Translations under genes and position numbers: made by a program
In this document: in pieces, positions 1 to 8,851 of the stretch
Position numbering within the stretch: the first letter of the stretch is position 1
Layout: each line of letters begins with the position of its first letter
Source of the DNA: an uncultured bacterium
GTDB lineage: Bacteria > Bacillota_I > Bacilli_A > RFN20 > CAG-826
NCBI GenBank assembly: GCA_949293175.1
Contig: CASFCI010000005.1
Span: forward strand, 2,170 to 66,169
Reading direction: 5' to 3'
Length of the DNA: 64,000 bases
Notes under the pieces: model-generated
Database searches by the model: none
Told to the model about the DNA's origin: nothing
Seen by the model: the letters and a program-made list of their open reading frames with translations, nothing else

Positions 1-16
1 AGACAAAGGAAAATGA

Positions 17-44
17 AGCGGGCTTAAAAAGCCCGTTTTCCTTT
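17..44 (+). terminator. Intrinsic terminator of the upstream gene (gene lies outside the window)
   Basis: Hairpin GCGGGCTT-aa-AAGCCCGT followed by a T-rich run, just after a TGA at 14-16. Confidence 0.6.
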
Positions 45-92
45 TAAAGGAACGCGCTTGTAGTAGAATAATCGTAACGGAGGTAACTCTAT

Positions 93-815
93 ATGTTCAG
101 AAAAGGTCGTGGGGGCTGGCTCGCCCTCAACATCATCGAGGCGATTTTGCTTCTAACCGCCGGAATCATCTTCTGTGTATTCTCCGGCAACAAGGATTTC
201 CAGAATACCTGCATCCTGATCGTCGGCATAATGATCACCGTCGATGCCGTCATGCGTCTGGTGCTTGACGTCGTGTCGGTGGTTAGCGTTAAAGGCGAAG
301 CCATGATTGTCACAACCTATGGTCCCGCCATCACTGGGGCGCTTGAACTGGCGGCCGGCGTTGTGCTCATCTATGCTGGCACCGGCGCAAGCAACCTTTC
401 CGCCTTGTTCCAATTCGTCGCCGTATTCATCGGGACCTTGGTCATTGTCTTCGGCGCCATCCTCGACATCTATTCGATAACCTACCTAGTAAAGAAAAGC
501 GGCAAGACGAGCCGCAACGTCCTGTTTGTGATCCTCGGCATCGCCTGCATTGTGCTCGGCGCCTTGATAGTCGCCTTCATGGGCGATCAGAAGCGGTTCA
601 TCCAAGTCGTCTTCATCCTGCTTGGCATCTTCATCATCGCCGCCTCGATCCTCATGCTCTACCTGACCATTAATTACATGGTCAAGCAGAAGCAAGAGGC
701 TAAGCTTGAGGCCCATCAGGCTGAAGTCGTCGCCGAGACCGATGGCGCAGCCGAAGAGAAGAAAGAAGACGAGCCCGAGGCAGAAGAAAAGCCCGAAGGC
801 GAAGAAGAAAAGTAA
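93..815 (+). CDS. Multi-pass membrane protein (HdeD/DUF308-like) with acidic C-terminal tail
   Basis: 240 aa ORF with about 6 hydrophobic segments in repeated G-I-x-x-I-x-x-G pairs; GGAGG SD and TAGAAT -10 upstream. Confidence 0.7.
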   Translation: MFRKGRGGWLALNIIEAILLLTAGIIFCVFSGNKDFQNTCILIVGIMITVDAVMRLVLDVVSVVSVKGEAMIVTTYGPAITGALELAAGVVLIYAGTGASNLSALFQFVAVFIGTLVIVFGAILDIYSITYLVKKSGKTSRNVLFVILGIACIVLGALIVAFMGDQKRFIQVVFILLGIFIIAASILMLYLTINYMVKQKQEAKLEAHQAEVVAETDGAAEEKKEDEPEAEEKPEGEEEK

Positions 816-831
816 CTTTTGCGAGTTAATT

Positions 832-1527
832 ATGGATTTCTCTGGATGGGAAAAGCTTTCTTTAGTCGACTTTGATGACTATATAACGACTACCCTGTTT
901 TCCTCGGGATGTAACTTTCGGTGCCCTTTTTGCCATAACGGCTCGCTGGTTCTCCATCCCGAATCGGCCCCGAAGATAGATTTCGAACGCATATTGGACT
1001 ATCTCCGCAAGCGGAAAGGGGTGGTGGAAGGCGTATGCATTTCCGGCGGCGAACCGACATTAGGGGACGATCTGCTCGACAAGATGAGGGAGATCAAGGC
1101 CCTTGGCTACAAGATTAAGCTCGACAGCAATGGCTATCGGCCCGAGATAATACAGAAGGCATTGGACGAGGGACTAGTCGATTACTTCGCCATGGACATA
1201 AAGAACTCGCCAGACCTCTATGGGAAGACCTGCGGGTTGGAGGATATGGACGTATCCAGGATCAGGCAATCGATCGCCCTGATAATGGGGTCAGGCAAGG
1301 AATATGAGTTCCGCACTACGATAATAAAGGAATTCCACAGCGTCGACTCCATAGCCGAAGCCGCGAAGATGATACAGGGCGCGGACAAATACTTCCTGCA
1401 GATGTACGTCGACCGCGACGGCTGCATCGAGCATGGGTTCCATGCCGTCGATAAGGAAGAGGCGGAGGAAATGAGAAAAGCCGCCTCAAGCTTCGTCAAG
1501 GCGGCTTACCTAAGGAATTACGATTAG
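832..1527 (+). CDS. nrdG: Anaerobic ribonucleoside-triphosphate reductase activating protein (radical SAM)
   Basis: CNFRCPFC motif, ISGGEPT, KLDSNG, YFAMDIK; start moved to the ATG at 832 (MDFSGWEKLSLVDF). Confidence 0.92.
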   Translation: MDFSGWEKLSLVDFDDYITTTLFSSGCNFRCPFCHNGSLVLHPESAPKIDFERILDYLRKRKGVVEGVCISGGEPTLGDDLLDKMREIKALGYKIKLDSNGYRPEIIQKALDEGLVDYFAMDIKNSPDLYGKTCGLEDMDVSRIRQSIALIMGSGKEYEFRTTIIKEFHSVDSIAEAAKMIQGADKYFLQMYVDRDGCIEHGFHAVDKEEAEEMRKAASSFVKAAYLRNYD

Positions 1528-2432
1528 CGCAGCGAATCGATGTAGGCGGCGCTGGAAACAGCGGCTATGGCCCCATCCGAAATGGCGGTGGCCACCTGCC
1601 TGACCTTCTTGACCGTGCAATCCCCGGCGGCGAATAGCCCCGGGGTTTTCGTCTGCTTCGACTCGTCGACGACGATGAACCCCTTTTCTAGCTCGACCAA
1701 CGGAGCGAAGGCCTCGTTGCTCGGCACCTGGCCGATGGCCACGAAGGCGCCGGAGCAGGGCAAGGTGTTCTCGTTGCCACCTTTGTCCTTATACCTGACG
1801 CCGGTGAGGTCGCCATCGCCTAGGAAGGCGGTGGTGGAGACTTCCTTCACCCATTTTACGTTGCTGGCCTCCAGCATGCGCTTGGTTATGATCTGATCGG
1901 CGAAGAAATGGTCGAATAAGGTCATGATGGTCACGCTGCGGCAGATGCCAGAAAGCGATATGGCGTATTGGACGGCGGTGTTGCCATCGCCGATAACCGC
2001 CACGTCCTCGTCTTTGAAGAAGGCCCCGTCGCAGGTGGCGCAATAGCTGACGCCATGTCCGGAAAGCTCCTCCTCGCCTGGCAGCCCGAGCTTCTTATGC
2101 TCGCACCCCGTGGCGATTATGACGGACCTCGATTCGGCCGTAGAAGTGCCATATTTCACTTCGAAAACGCCATCTTCGCGCTTAACGATCGAGTCGACCT
2201 CGCCAAAGTCGAATTTGACGCCGAGCCCCATTACCTGGCTGAAGGCGTTGTCGGCCCATTCCATCCCGGAAATGGATTCGATGGCCGGATAGTTCTCGAG
2301 CCTTGGCGACTTGGCTATCTGCCCGCCGATGGCCTCCTTCTCTATCAAAAGGACGCTTTTGCCGGCACGAAGCATATATAGGCAGGCAGTCAGGCCCGCC
2401 GGCCCGCCGCCGATAACGATAAGATCAGTCAT
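1524..2432 (-). CDS. trxB: Thioredoxin reductase-like flavoprotein with atypical NADPH-binding motif
   Basis: IGGGPAG, GVSYCATCDG, GLFAAGD; the HRRxxxR motif is replaced by TLFDHFFA. Confidence 0.88.
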   Translation of the reverse strand: MTDLIVIGGGPAGLTACLYMLRAGKSVLLIEKEAIGGQIAKSPRLENYPAIESISGMEWADNAFSQVMGLGVKFDFGEVDSIVKREDGVFEVKYGTSTAESRSVIIATGCEHKKLGLPGEEELSGHGVSYCATCDGAFFKDEDVAVIGDGNTAVQYAISLSGICRSVTIMTLFDHFFADQIITKRMLEASNVKWVKEVSTTAFLGDGDLTGVRYKDKGGNENTLPCSGAFVAIGQVPSNEAFAPLVELEKGFIVVDESKQTKTPGLFAAGDCTVKKVRQVATAISDGAIAAVSSAAYIDSLR

Positions 2433-2453
2433 TTTGTTTACCTTCTATAGAGC

Positions 2454-2478
2454 AAAAGCCCCTTCGCTTGGAAGGGGC
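2454..2478 (-). terminator. Hairpin with short U-tract between nrdD and trxB
   Basis: Minus strand reads GCCCCTTC-caagc-GAAGGGGC-TTTT. Confidence 0.6.
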
Positions 2479-2486
2479 GTTCGGCT

Positions 2487-4868
2487 TTAGTTCTTGCTGG
2501 CCTCGTCGATGTATCCCTTGATGAGGGAGGCGTTCTCGTAGGTCTTGTAGGAATCTCCGTTAGGCACGATCAGGGTCGGCGCCTGCTTGACGCCATAGGC
2601 CTTGGTCATCTCCTTGTCGGAGAGGGCATCGATCTGGTGGTAGTGGATGCCCTTCTGATCCAGCATCATCTTCGCCATCTTGCAGTTGGGGCAGGTGGGC
2701 GAGGTGAACAGGAGGATCTCATCGAGCTTCGGAGCCGAATCGTTCTTCTTCTCGCCGCAGCTGCAGCAAGCACCGTCGTGGGCATGGACCTCGGAGGAGT
2801 GGTCGACGTCGTAGGTCTTCCTATCCTTGAATTCCTGGGTCTTGCCGGCGTTCCAGTTCTTGACCGGGCGGTAGTAGCCGGTGATCCTGGAGTAGACCTC
2901 GGTTTCCTTGCCGCAGATCGGGCATTTCCACTGCTCGCCGGTGATGTAGCCGTGGTCTTCGCAGACCGAGTAGGTCGGGGACATCGTGTAGTAGGGGAGC
3001 TTGTAGTTCTCGGCGATCTTCTTGACCAGCTTCATGCAGGATTGCCAGTTCGGCAGCTTCTGCCCAAGGAAGGCATGGAAGACGGTTCCGGAGGTGTATA
3101 GGGTCTGGAACTGATCCTCGATGTCGAGGGCCTCGAAGATGTCGGAGGTGAAGCCGACCGGGAGGTGGCTGGAGTTGGTGTAGTAGGGGGTCTCGCCCTC
3201 TTTGCCCGCGGTGATGATGTCCGGGTAGCGCTCCTTGTCGTGCTTGGCAAGGCGGTAGGCGGTGGACTCAGCCGGGGTGGCCTCGAGGTTGTACAGGTCG
3301 CCGTACTTCTCCTGATAGTCGGAGAGGCGGGTCCTCATGTGGTTGAGGACCTCGACGGTGAATTCCTGCGCCTGCTTGTCGGTCAGGTCCTTCCCGATCC
3401 AGCGGGCGTTGAGGCAAGCCTCGTTCATGCCGACCAATCCGATGGTGGAGAAGTGGTTGTTGAAGGTTCCGAGGTAGTGCTTGGTGTAGGGGTATAGCCC
3501 AGCCTCAAGCAGTTTGGTGATGGTGTTGCGCTTGACCTTGAGCGACCTGGCGGAGATGTCCATCAGGCGGTCGAGCCTGGCGTAGAAGTCCTTCTCGTTG
3601 GTGGCGAGGTAGGCGATGCGCGGCATGTTGATGGTCACGACGCCGACCGAGCCGGTGGATTCGCCGGATCCGAAGTATCCGCCGCTCTTCTTGCGGAGCT
3701 CGCGGAGGTCGAGGCGGAGGCGGCAGCACATGGAGCGGACGTCGCTCGGCTTCATATCGGAGTTGATGTAGTTGGAGAAGTAGGGGGTGCCGTACTTGGC
3801 GGTCATCTCGAACAGCAGACGGTTGTTCTCGGTATCCGACCAGTCGAAGTCCTTGGTGATGGAGTAGGTCGGGATCGGGTATTGGAAGCCACGGCCGTTG
3901 GCGTCGCCTTCGATCATGGTCTCGATGAAGGCCTTGTTGACCATGGCCATCTCCTTGACGCAGTCGCCATAGGTGAAGTCCATTTCCTTTCCGCCGACGA
4001 TGGCAGGGAGGTTGGCCATGTCATCGGGGACGGTCCAGTCGAGGGTTATGTTGGTAAACGGAGATTGAGTGCCCCAGCGGGACGGGGTGTTGACGCCGAA
4101 GATGAACGACTGGATGCACTGCTTGACCTCTTTGTAGGAGAGGTTGTCGACCTTGACGAACGGGGCGAGGTAGGTGTCGAAGGAAGAGAAAGCCTGAGCG
4201 CCGGCCCATTCGTTCTGCATGATGCCGAGGAAGTTGACCATCTGGTTGCAGAGGGTCATCAGGTGGCGGGCGGGCGAGGAGGTTATCTTGCCCGGGACTC
4301 CGCCGAGCCCTTCCTTGATGAGCTGCTTAAGGCTCCACCCGGCGCAATAGCCGGTGAGCATCGAAAGGTCGTGGATGTGGATGTCGGCGTTGCGGTGGGC
4401 ATCGGCGATATCCTTGTCGTAGACCTCGGAGAGCCAGTAGTTGGCGGTGACGGCGCCGGAGTTGGAAAGGATCAATCCGCCGACCGAGTAGGTGACGGTG
4501 GAGTTCTCCTTGACGCGCCAGTCGTTGACCTTCAGGTAGTTGTCGACGACGTTCTTGAAATCGAGGGTGGTGTTCTTCACCTGGCGCAAAGCCGCCCTCT
4601 TGGTGCGGTAATCCATATAGGACTTGGCCACATCGACGTATCCGGACTGGATTAGGACGATCTCGACGGCGTCCTGGATGTCCTCGACGCCGATGGTCTC
4701 GTTCTTGACCTTGTCGTTGAAGGCGCTGGTGACGCGCAGAGCGAGCAACTCAAGCACATCGGAGGGGATGGACTTGTTCTCGGCCGCGAAAGCGCGGGAC
4801 ATCGCGGATTCGATTTTCCGGAGATCGAACGGCACTAGCGCGCCGTTCCTTTTGATGACTTGTAGCAT
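2487..4868 (-). CDS. nrdD: Class III ribonucleoside-triphosphate reductase with N-terminal ATP cone and C-terminal glutaredoxin/NrdH-like domain
   Basis: ATP cone VIKRNG; RSMCCRL finger loop; Zn ribbon CEDH...CPIC; glycyl radical motif SRITGYY; C-terminal TCPNC...GVKQAPTL. Confidence 0.95.
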   Translation of the reverse strand: MLQVIKRNGALVPFDLRKIESAMSRAFAAENKSIPSDVLELLALRVTSAFNDKVKNETIGVEDIQDAVEIVLIQSGYVDVAKSYMDYRTKRAALRQVKNTTLDFKNVVDNYLKVNDWRVKENSTVTYSVGGLILSNSGAVTANYWLSEVYDKDIADAHRNADIHIHDLSMLTGYCAGWSLKQLIKEGLGGVPGKITSSPARHLMTLCNQMVNFLGIMQNEWAGAQAFSSFDTYLAPFVKVDNLSYKEVKQCIQSFIFGVNTPSRWGTQSPFTNITLDWTVPDDMANLPAIVGGKEMDFTYGDCVKEMAMVNKAFIETMIEGDANGRGFQYPIPTYSITKDFDWSDTENNRLLFEMTAKYGTPYFSNYINSDMKPSDVRSMCCRLRLDLRELRKKSGGYFGSGESTGSVGVVTINMPRIAYLATNEKDFYARLDRLMDISARSLKVKRNTITKLLEAGLYPYTKHYLGTFNNHFSTIGLVGMNEACLNARWIGKDLTDKQAQEFTVEVLNHMRTRLSDYQEKYGDLYNLEATPAESTAYRLAKHDKERYPDIITAGKEGETPYYTNSSHLPVGFTSDIFEALDIEDQFQTLYTSGTVFHAFLGQKLPNWQSCMKLVKKIAENYKLPYYTMSPTYSVCEDHGYITGEQWKCPICGKETEVYSRITGYYRPVKNWNAGKTQEFKDRKTYDVDHSSEVHAHDGACCSCGEKKNDSAPKLDEILLFTSPTCPNCKMAKMMLDQKGIHYHQIDALSDKEMTKAYGVKQAPTLIVPNGDSYKTYENASLIKGYIDEASKN

Positions 4869-4953
4869 GATGGTAACCTCTGTCGGCTTGGGGCTACTAA
4901 AGGCGCTTTTCCCTCAAGCGCTATTTAGCAAGCCTTCTGGCCGTGCGGAGCAT

Positions 4954-4981
4954 ATTGTAGGTGCGTGTCAGCAAAAATCAA
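4954..4981 (-). promoter_or_regulatory. Probable sigma-A promoter of nrdD
   Basis: Minus strand reads TTGATT-16 nt-TACAAT. Confidence 0.45.
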
Positions 4982-5214
4982 AGCCAGATGCTCAGCAAAT
5001 TTTTTCGTTCGAAATTGCCACTTGAATTATCTTAACCGGCCTCGCTTACAGAGGATTAATAGCCTATTATCGGGGTATTATTGCGATTAGAAAAAATCGT
5101 TTAGTAGTTTATTAGGAATTTATTGGACAGATTATAGCGACAAAAAGTTGTACACTGTCAAAAAATGTAAGAAAAGATTCGATTAATGCCTATGTTTACG
5201 CAAAAATGAAAATT

Positions 5215-5985
5215 CTATTTCAGGAAGGAAAGCACCGAACTATACCCCAAATCGGTCGAAATGAACCATTTTGCGATGCCGAATCCTTCCTGATTGAGTT
5301 TTGCAACATCGGCAATGTAACTTCCAAAATCCGAACCGGACGAAACGAAGAAATAGCACACCAACGATATGACCCAGCAGACGGCGAAGGCCTCGGCCAG
5401 CCCTATCAGCAAGCCAAGAAACCTGGATATGAATCCGACTTTCGAGTTGGCTTTGAAGACGTGTAGCAATATAGCCAGCAAAATACTCAGGATTATGAAA
5501 CAGGCCACGAAGGCCAAAAGGAAGGCGATGGCCGAGCAGCTGATCAAGGTCAACGAATGGGCGATTGCCGAAGCCGGGGTGAACACCCCCTCAGTCGGCA
5601 GATTGGCAACTATCAGATTGTTTAGGGTGTCTTGCACGAATTCGGGAATATTGAGCTCACTATAGACGTAGCTTAGCATCCCGTTGGCGACCCATTCGCT
5701 TTGAAACGCCGCGGCGGGGAGGGGTATTTCAGAGCCGGACACGTTTTCGAGGATGTAATTTTCCGTCGATGCGGATATTCCTTGCCCCATGCCAGATTCG
5801 GCGAGGGCTCCTCCTATTAGTTTATAAAGGGCGAACGCCAAGCCGATGGAGACGGCGATGGAGGCGACGCTTAGGACCGTCTTGAGTCCTCCCCTGATTA
5901 ACCCTATCAGGGCGAATAGGATGAAGATCACGATGTAGATAAGGCTTATCCAGTCGAATCCCGAAGATGCTAATGCGTTTACCAT
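5215..5985 (-). CDS. CvpA (colicin V production)-family membrane protein
   Basis: N-terminal D-W-I...IGLIRGGLKTV and C-terminal SRFLGLLIGLAEA are typical of CvpA; the ATG at 5985 lies 8 nt after TTGACA-17-GAAAAT. Confidence 0.7.
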   Translation of the reverse strand: MVNALASSGFDWISLIYIVIFILFALIGLIRGGLKTVLSVASIAVSIGLAFALYKLIGGALAESGMGQGISASTENYILENVSGSEIPLPAAAFQSEWVANGMLSYVYSELNIPEFVQDTLNNLIVANLPTEGVFTPASAIAHSLTLISCSAIAFLLAFVACFIILSILLAILLHVFKANSKVGFISRFLGLLIGLAEAFAVCWVISLVCYFFVSSGSDFGSYIADVAKLNQEGFGIAKWFISTDLGYSSVLSFLK

Positions 5986-6090
5986 ATGGACTGATTTTCT
6001 TTCCAACTCGATGGCATGTCAACTTACTTATATGTGCTTTTTTCGCCATCGAGGTAAGGGTATAGTCTCAATAACGGGAGCAATAACAAC

Positions 6091-6795
6091 ATGGCAAAGA
6101 AAGAGAAAAAACCAAAAGAGCCTATGGCAAAGAAAGCAAAAAATGAGAAAACCAAGAAATTCGCCAAATCCATCCTGGCGGAATTCCGCGCCTTCATCTC
6201 GAAGGGCAACATCCTAGACCTGGCAGTAGGCGTCATCATCGGCGGGGCGTTCAACGCGATCGTGAATGCCTTCACCGCCATATTGCTATCCGTCTGCACC
6301 TGGGGCGTCCCCGGCGGCCTTGCCGGATTGGTCACCGTCCTTCCCCCGGCCACCCCTTCCCAGCGTGTCCCTTCCGATATCCTCATCGGCGGCGAAACGC
6401 TAAAGCAAAGCTATACCGCTTCCGAATGGGCCACGCTGTCTCAGCAGGATGATTTCACCGCCACGATCTCTGGCATGTACACCAAGCACGGCGCCTCCTA
6501 TTTCTATAACGGGGCCGCCATCATCGACTGGGGCGCGTTCATCAACGCCATCATCTCGTTCGTCATAATCGCCTTGACCTTGTTCGTCATCGTCAAGGTG
6601 GTCAAGTACGCTGGCAAGAAGCGCAAGGAACTCGAGGAGAAAGCGAAAGAGGAATACTACAAGCGGCACCCCGAGGAGCGCCCTTTGCCTCCGGTTCAGG
6701 AACCCGCCAAGCCAACACAAGAGGAACTGCTTACCGCCATACTGGAAGAGCTTAAGAAGCAAAACGGCGCTCCTGCGGTTGAGGAGAAGAAATGA
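6091..6795 (+). CDS. mscL: Large-conductance mechanosensitive channel with enlarged extracellular loop
   Basis: EFRAFISKGNILDLAVGVIIGGAF, IDWGAFINAIISFVIIA, EELLTAILEEL. Confidence 0.92.
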   Translation: MAKKEKKPKEPMAKKAKNEKTKKFAKSILAEFRAFISKGNILDLAVGVIIGGAFNAIVNAFTAILLSVCTWGVPGGLAGLVTVLPPATPSQRVPSDILIGGETLKQSYTASEWATLSQQDDFTATISGMYTKHGASYFYNGAAIIDWGAFINAIISFVIIALTLFVIVKVVKYAGKKRKELEEKAKEEYYKRHPEERPLPPVQEPAKPTQEELLTAILEELKKQNGAPAVEEKK

Positions 6796-6801
6796 GGAAA
6801 C

Positions 6802-6827
6802 GGTCGCCTTCAAGGCGGCCTTTTTCT
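6802..6827 (+). terminator. Intrinsic terminator after mscL
   Basis: GGTCGCCT-tca-AGGCGGCC followed by a T-run. Confidence 0.75.
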
Positions 6828-6859
6828 TGAGCTTCAATCCATCTAAAATAGTCAGCATC

Positions 6860-7951
6860 ATGAGTAGACACATCAATTTAGAGAGAATTTCCAACTTCCG
6901 CGACCTCGGCGGGTACGAATGCCGCTACGGGGAAACCAGCTTTGGCGTCCTTTACCGCAGCGCCCGCATTGATTTGGCCAGCGTTGCCGACAAGCAGAAG
7001 CTAACCCAGCTTGGAATCAAGACGATAATCGACCTCCGGGACGATAAGCAGAAATCCGAGCACCCTGATTTCAGCTTGCCGGTCGAAGGGTTTAAGAACA
7101 TCTCGCTGCCGGTGAATGGCAATGGCCGGATCCCGGTTGACCACGAAGATCAGATCGATTCGTATTTGGAGATGCTTGAGGAACCCTATTCGGCCAGGAA
7201 GGTGTTCAAGGCCATCCTCAACGAGGACAAGCCGTTGCTGTTCCATTGCTCGGCTGGCAAAGACCGGACAGGCTGCTTCACGATGGTCCTGCTGCTTCTT
7301 GCTGGCGTATCGATGGATGACATCAACGCCGATTACCTTGCCTCGTTTGCCTATCTGCGCGAGCAAGCCCACGAATGCAAAGGCAAGCTGCCCGATGTCG
7401 TGATAACCCCGAACATCGACTTCATCTTCGAGGTCGTAGATAGGTTCAATGAGCGCTACGGGGACGTAAACGGCTATCTTGAGGCAATAGGGCTAAGCGA
7501 TGACGAGATCGCCGGGCTCGCCTCGATATTGGGCAAGCAGGAAAAGAGCTGCGGCGCCGTACTGTTTAAGGATGGTAAGGTTTTGGTTGAGCATATGCGG
7601 CTCGGCCATTACTCGATTCCCAAGGGTCATGTGGAAAAATCGGACAAAGACGAATTCGACACGGCATTGCGCGAAATAAGGGAGGAAGTGGGGCTGGAAG
7701 CCAAGATCATCCCTGGGTTCCGCCAGACCATTTACTATTCGCCGCGGGATGGCGTGATAAAGCAGGTTGTCTTCTTCGCCGCCGAGGCAAACGAAGGGGA
7801 TATGAGGCTTCAGGAAGAGGAGGTCGCCGACGCCTACTGGATATCGCCCGCCGATGCGATGAGGGTCCTCTCCCATGACTCCGACCGGCTCGTCGTCCGC
7901 AATGCGGCCTATTTCCAGGCCGGCGATTCAGTCAAGAAGGTTGAGGACTAG
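6860..7951 (+). CDS. Cys-dependent (tyrosine/lipid) phosphatase fused to a Nudix hydrolase
   Basis: NFRDLGG, IIDLR and HCSAGKDRTG, then EKSCGAV and the Nudix box GHVEKSDKDEFDTALREIREEVG; start placed at ATG 6860. Confidence 0.88.
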   Translation: MSRHINLERISNFRDLGGYECRYGETSFGVLYRSARIDLASVADKQKLTQLGIKTIIDLRDDKQKSEHPDFSLPVEGFKNISLPVNGNGRIPVDHEDQIDSYLEMLEEPYSARKVFKAILNEDKPLLFHCSAGKDRTGCFTMVLLLLAGVSMDDINADYLASFAYLREQAHECKGKLPDVVITPNIDFIFEVVDRFNERYGDVNGYLEAIGLSDDEIAGLASILGKQEKSCGAVLFKDGKVLVEHMRLGHYSIPKGHVEKSDKDEFDTALREIREEVGLEAKIIPGFRQTIYYSPRDGVIKQVVFFAAEANEGDMRLQEEEVADAYWISPADAMRVLSHDSDRLVVRNAAYFQAGDSVKKVED

Positions 7952-8851
7952 CCTTTCCATCTCGGCAATAAACTTTTTGGGCTGCTCGAAAGCCAGCATA
8001 TGCCCGGCGCCTTTGAATTCCACGAATCCTTTTTTCGGGGCTTTGACCTCGTTAAGGAGATAGTTTTTCGATAGCTCATACGGGGTGATGAAGTCCTCGT
8101 CCCCGGCAAAGACGTAATAGGGGATTCCATAGTTGGCGTTGTCCTCTAAGGTTAGGCCGGTTAGATTGCCATAAACCTTCGATAGGCGCTTTGTGCCTTT
8201 TTTGAAACCGCGCCGCTCAAAATACCCATATTCGCCCGATTTGTTGAACGGGATGATTTCCCTTTCCTCGTAGCTTGGGTAATCCTTCGGCTCAAAGGAT
8301 GGGTAAAGCAAAGAATAGAAAACCCCATATTGCTCAGCACTAGGCTCGCTATCCAAAGGGATGGCATGCAGAAGCTTTAGTTTCTCGCCTTTTAGCTTTT
8401 TCTCGAGCTCGCCATATTGCCAAAGGAAAGTCTTCCTCGTCGAGGCAAGCTGGCCATAGCCGACGTAGGCGCTGAAGTCGGAGGGAGACTTCTGAATTGC
8501 CTTCGATCCGAGATAGCTGCCAAACGACTCGCCGATGACGATCACCTTCTTTGCGCCATGCGATCTCTTTAGCTCCCTGGCCCAGCCTATTACGTCATCG
8601 ATTAGGTTATCGATGCTAAGATCGGCGTCTTTCATGAACGCCTTATACGATCCGCCGGTGCCTCTTTGGTCGTATGCGCATAGTAGGAAATGCTTGGAAA
8701 GGCCAAGCAGGTTGTCCCTTATCTTGTGCCGGTTGGGATTGCCTGGCCCGCCATGGAGGAAAAGCAGGGCAACCTCGTTACCCTCCCCCCAGATGTGGCC
8801 CATCTGCGGGACCCCGTTTATCTTTGCTTTGAATTTGATCCCTTCGTTCAT
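7928..8851 (-). CDS. Alpha/beta hydrolase (proline iminopeptidase-like)
   Basis: LHGGPG, YDQRGTG, GESFG nucleophile elbow, GDEDFIT, GAGH; ATGA overlap with the upstream gene. Confidence 0.85.
   Translation of the reverse strand: MNEGIKFKAKINGVPQMGHIWGEGNEVALLFLHGGPGNPNRHKIRDNLLGLSKHFLLCAYDQRGTGGSYKAFMKDADLSIDNLIDDVIGWARELKRSHGAKKVIVIGESFGSYLGSKAIQKSPSDFSAYVGYGQLASTRKTFLWQYGELEKKLKGEKLKLLHAIPLDSEPSAEQYGVFYSLLYPSFEPKDYPSYEEREIIPFNKSGEYGYFERRGFKKGTKRLSKVYGNLTGLTLEDNANYGIPYYVFAGDEDFITPYELSKNYLLNEVKAPKKGFVEFKGAGHMLAFEQPKKFIAEMERLVLNLLD

Noticed and set aside
706-831. Extended N-termini in the ORF track (nrdG, and likewise the GtrA protein, queH, rpsJ, rpsH, rpsQ)
   Set aside because: They overlap upstream genes or leaders; downstream starts match the family N-termini and RBS positions
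4945-4965. NrdR box at the nrdD promoter (GAGCATATTGTAGG)
   Set aside because: Weak partial match with no convincing second box
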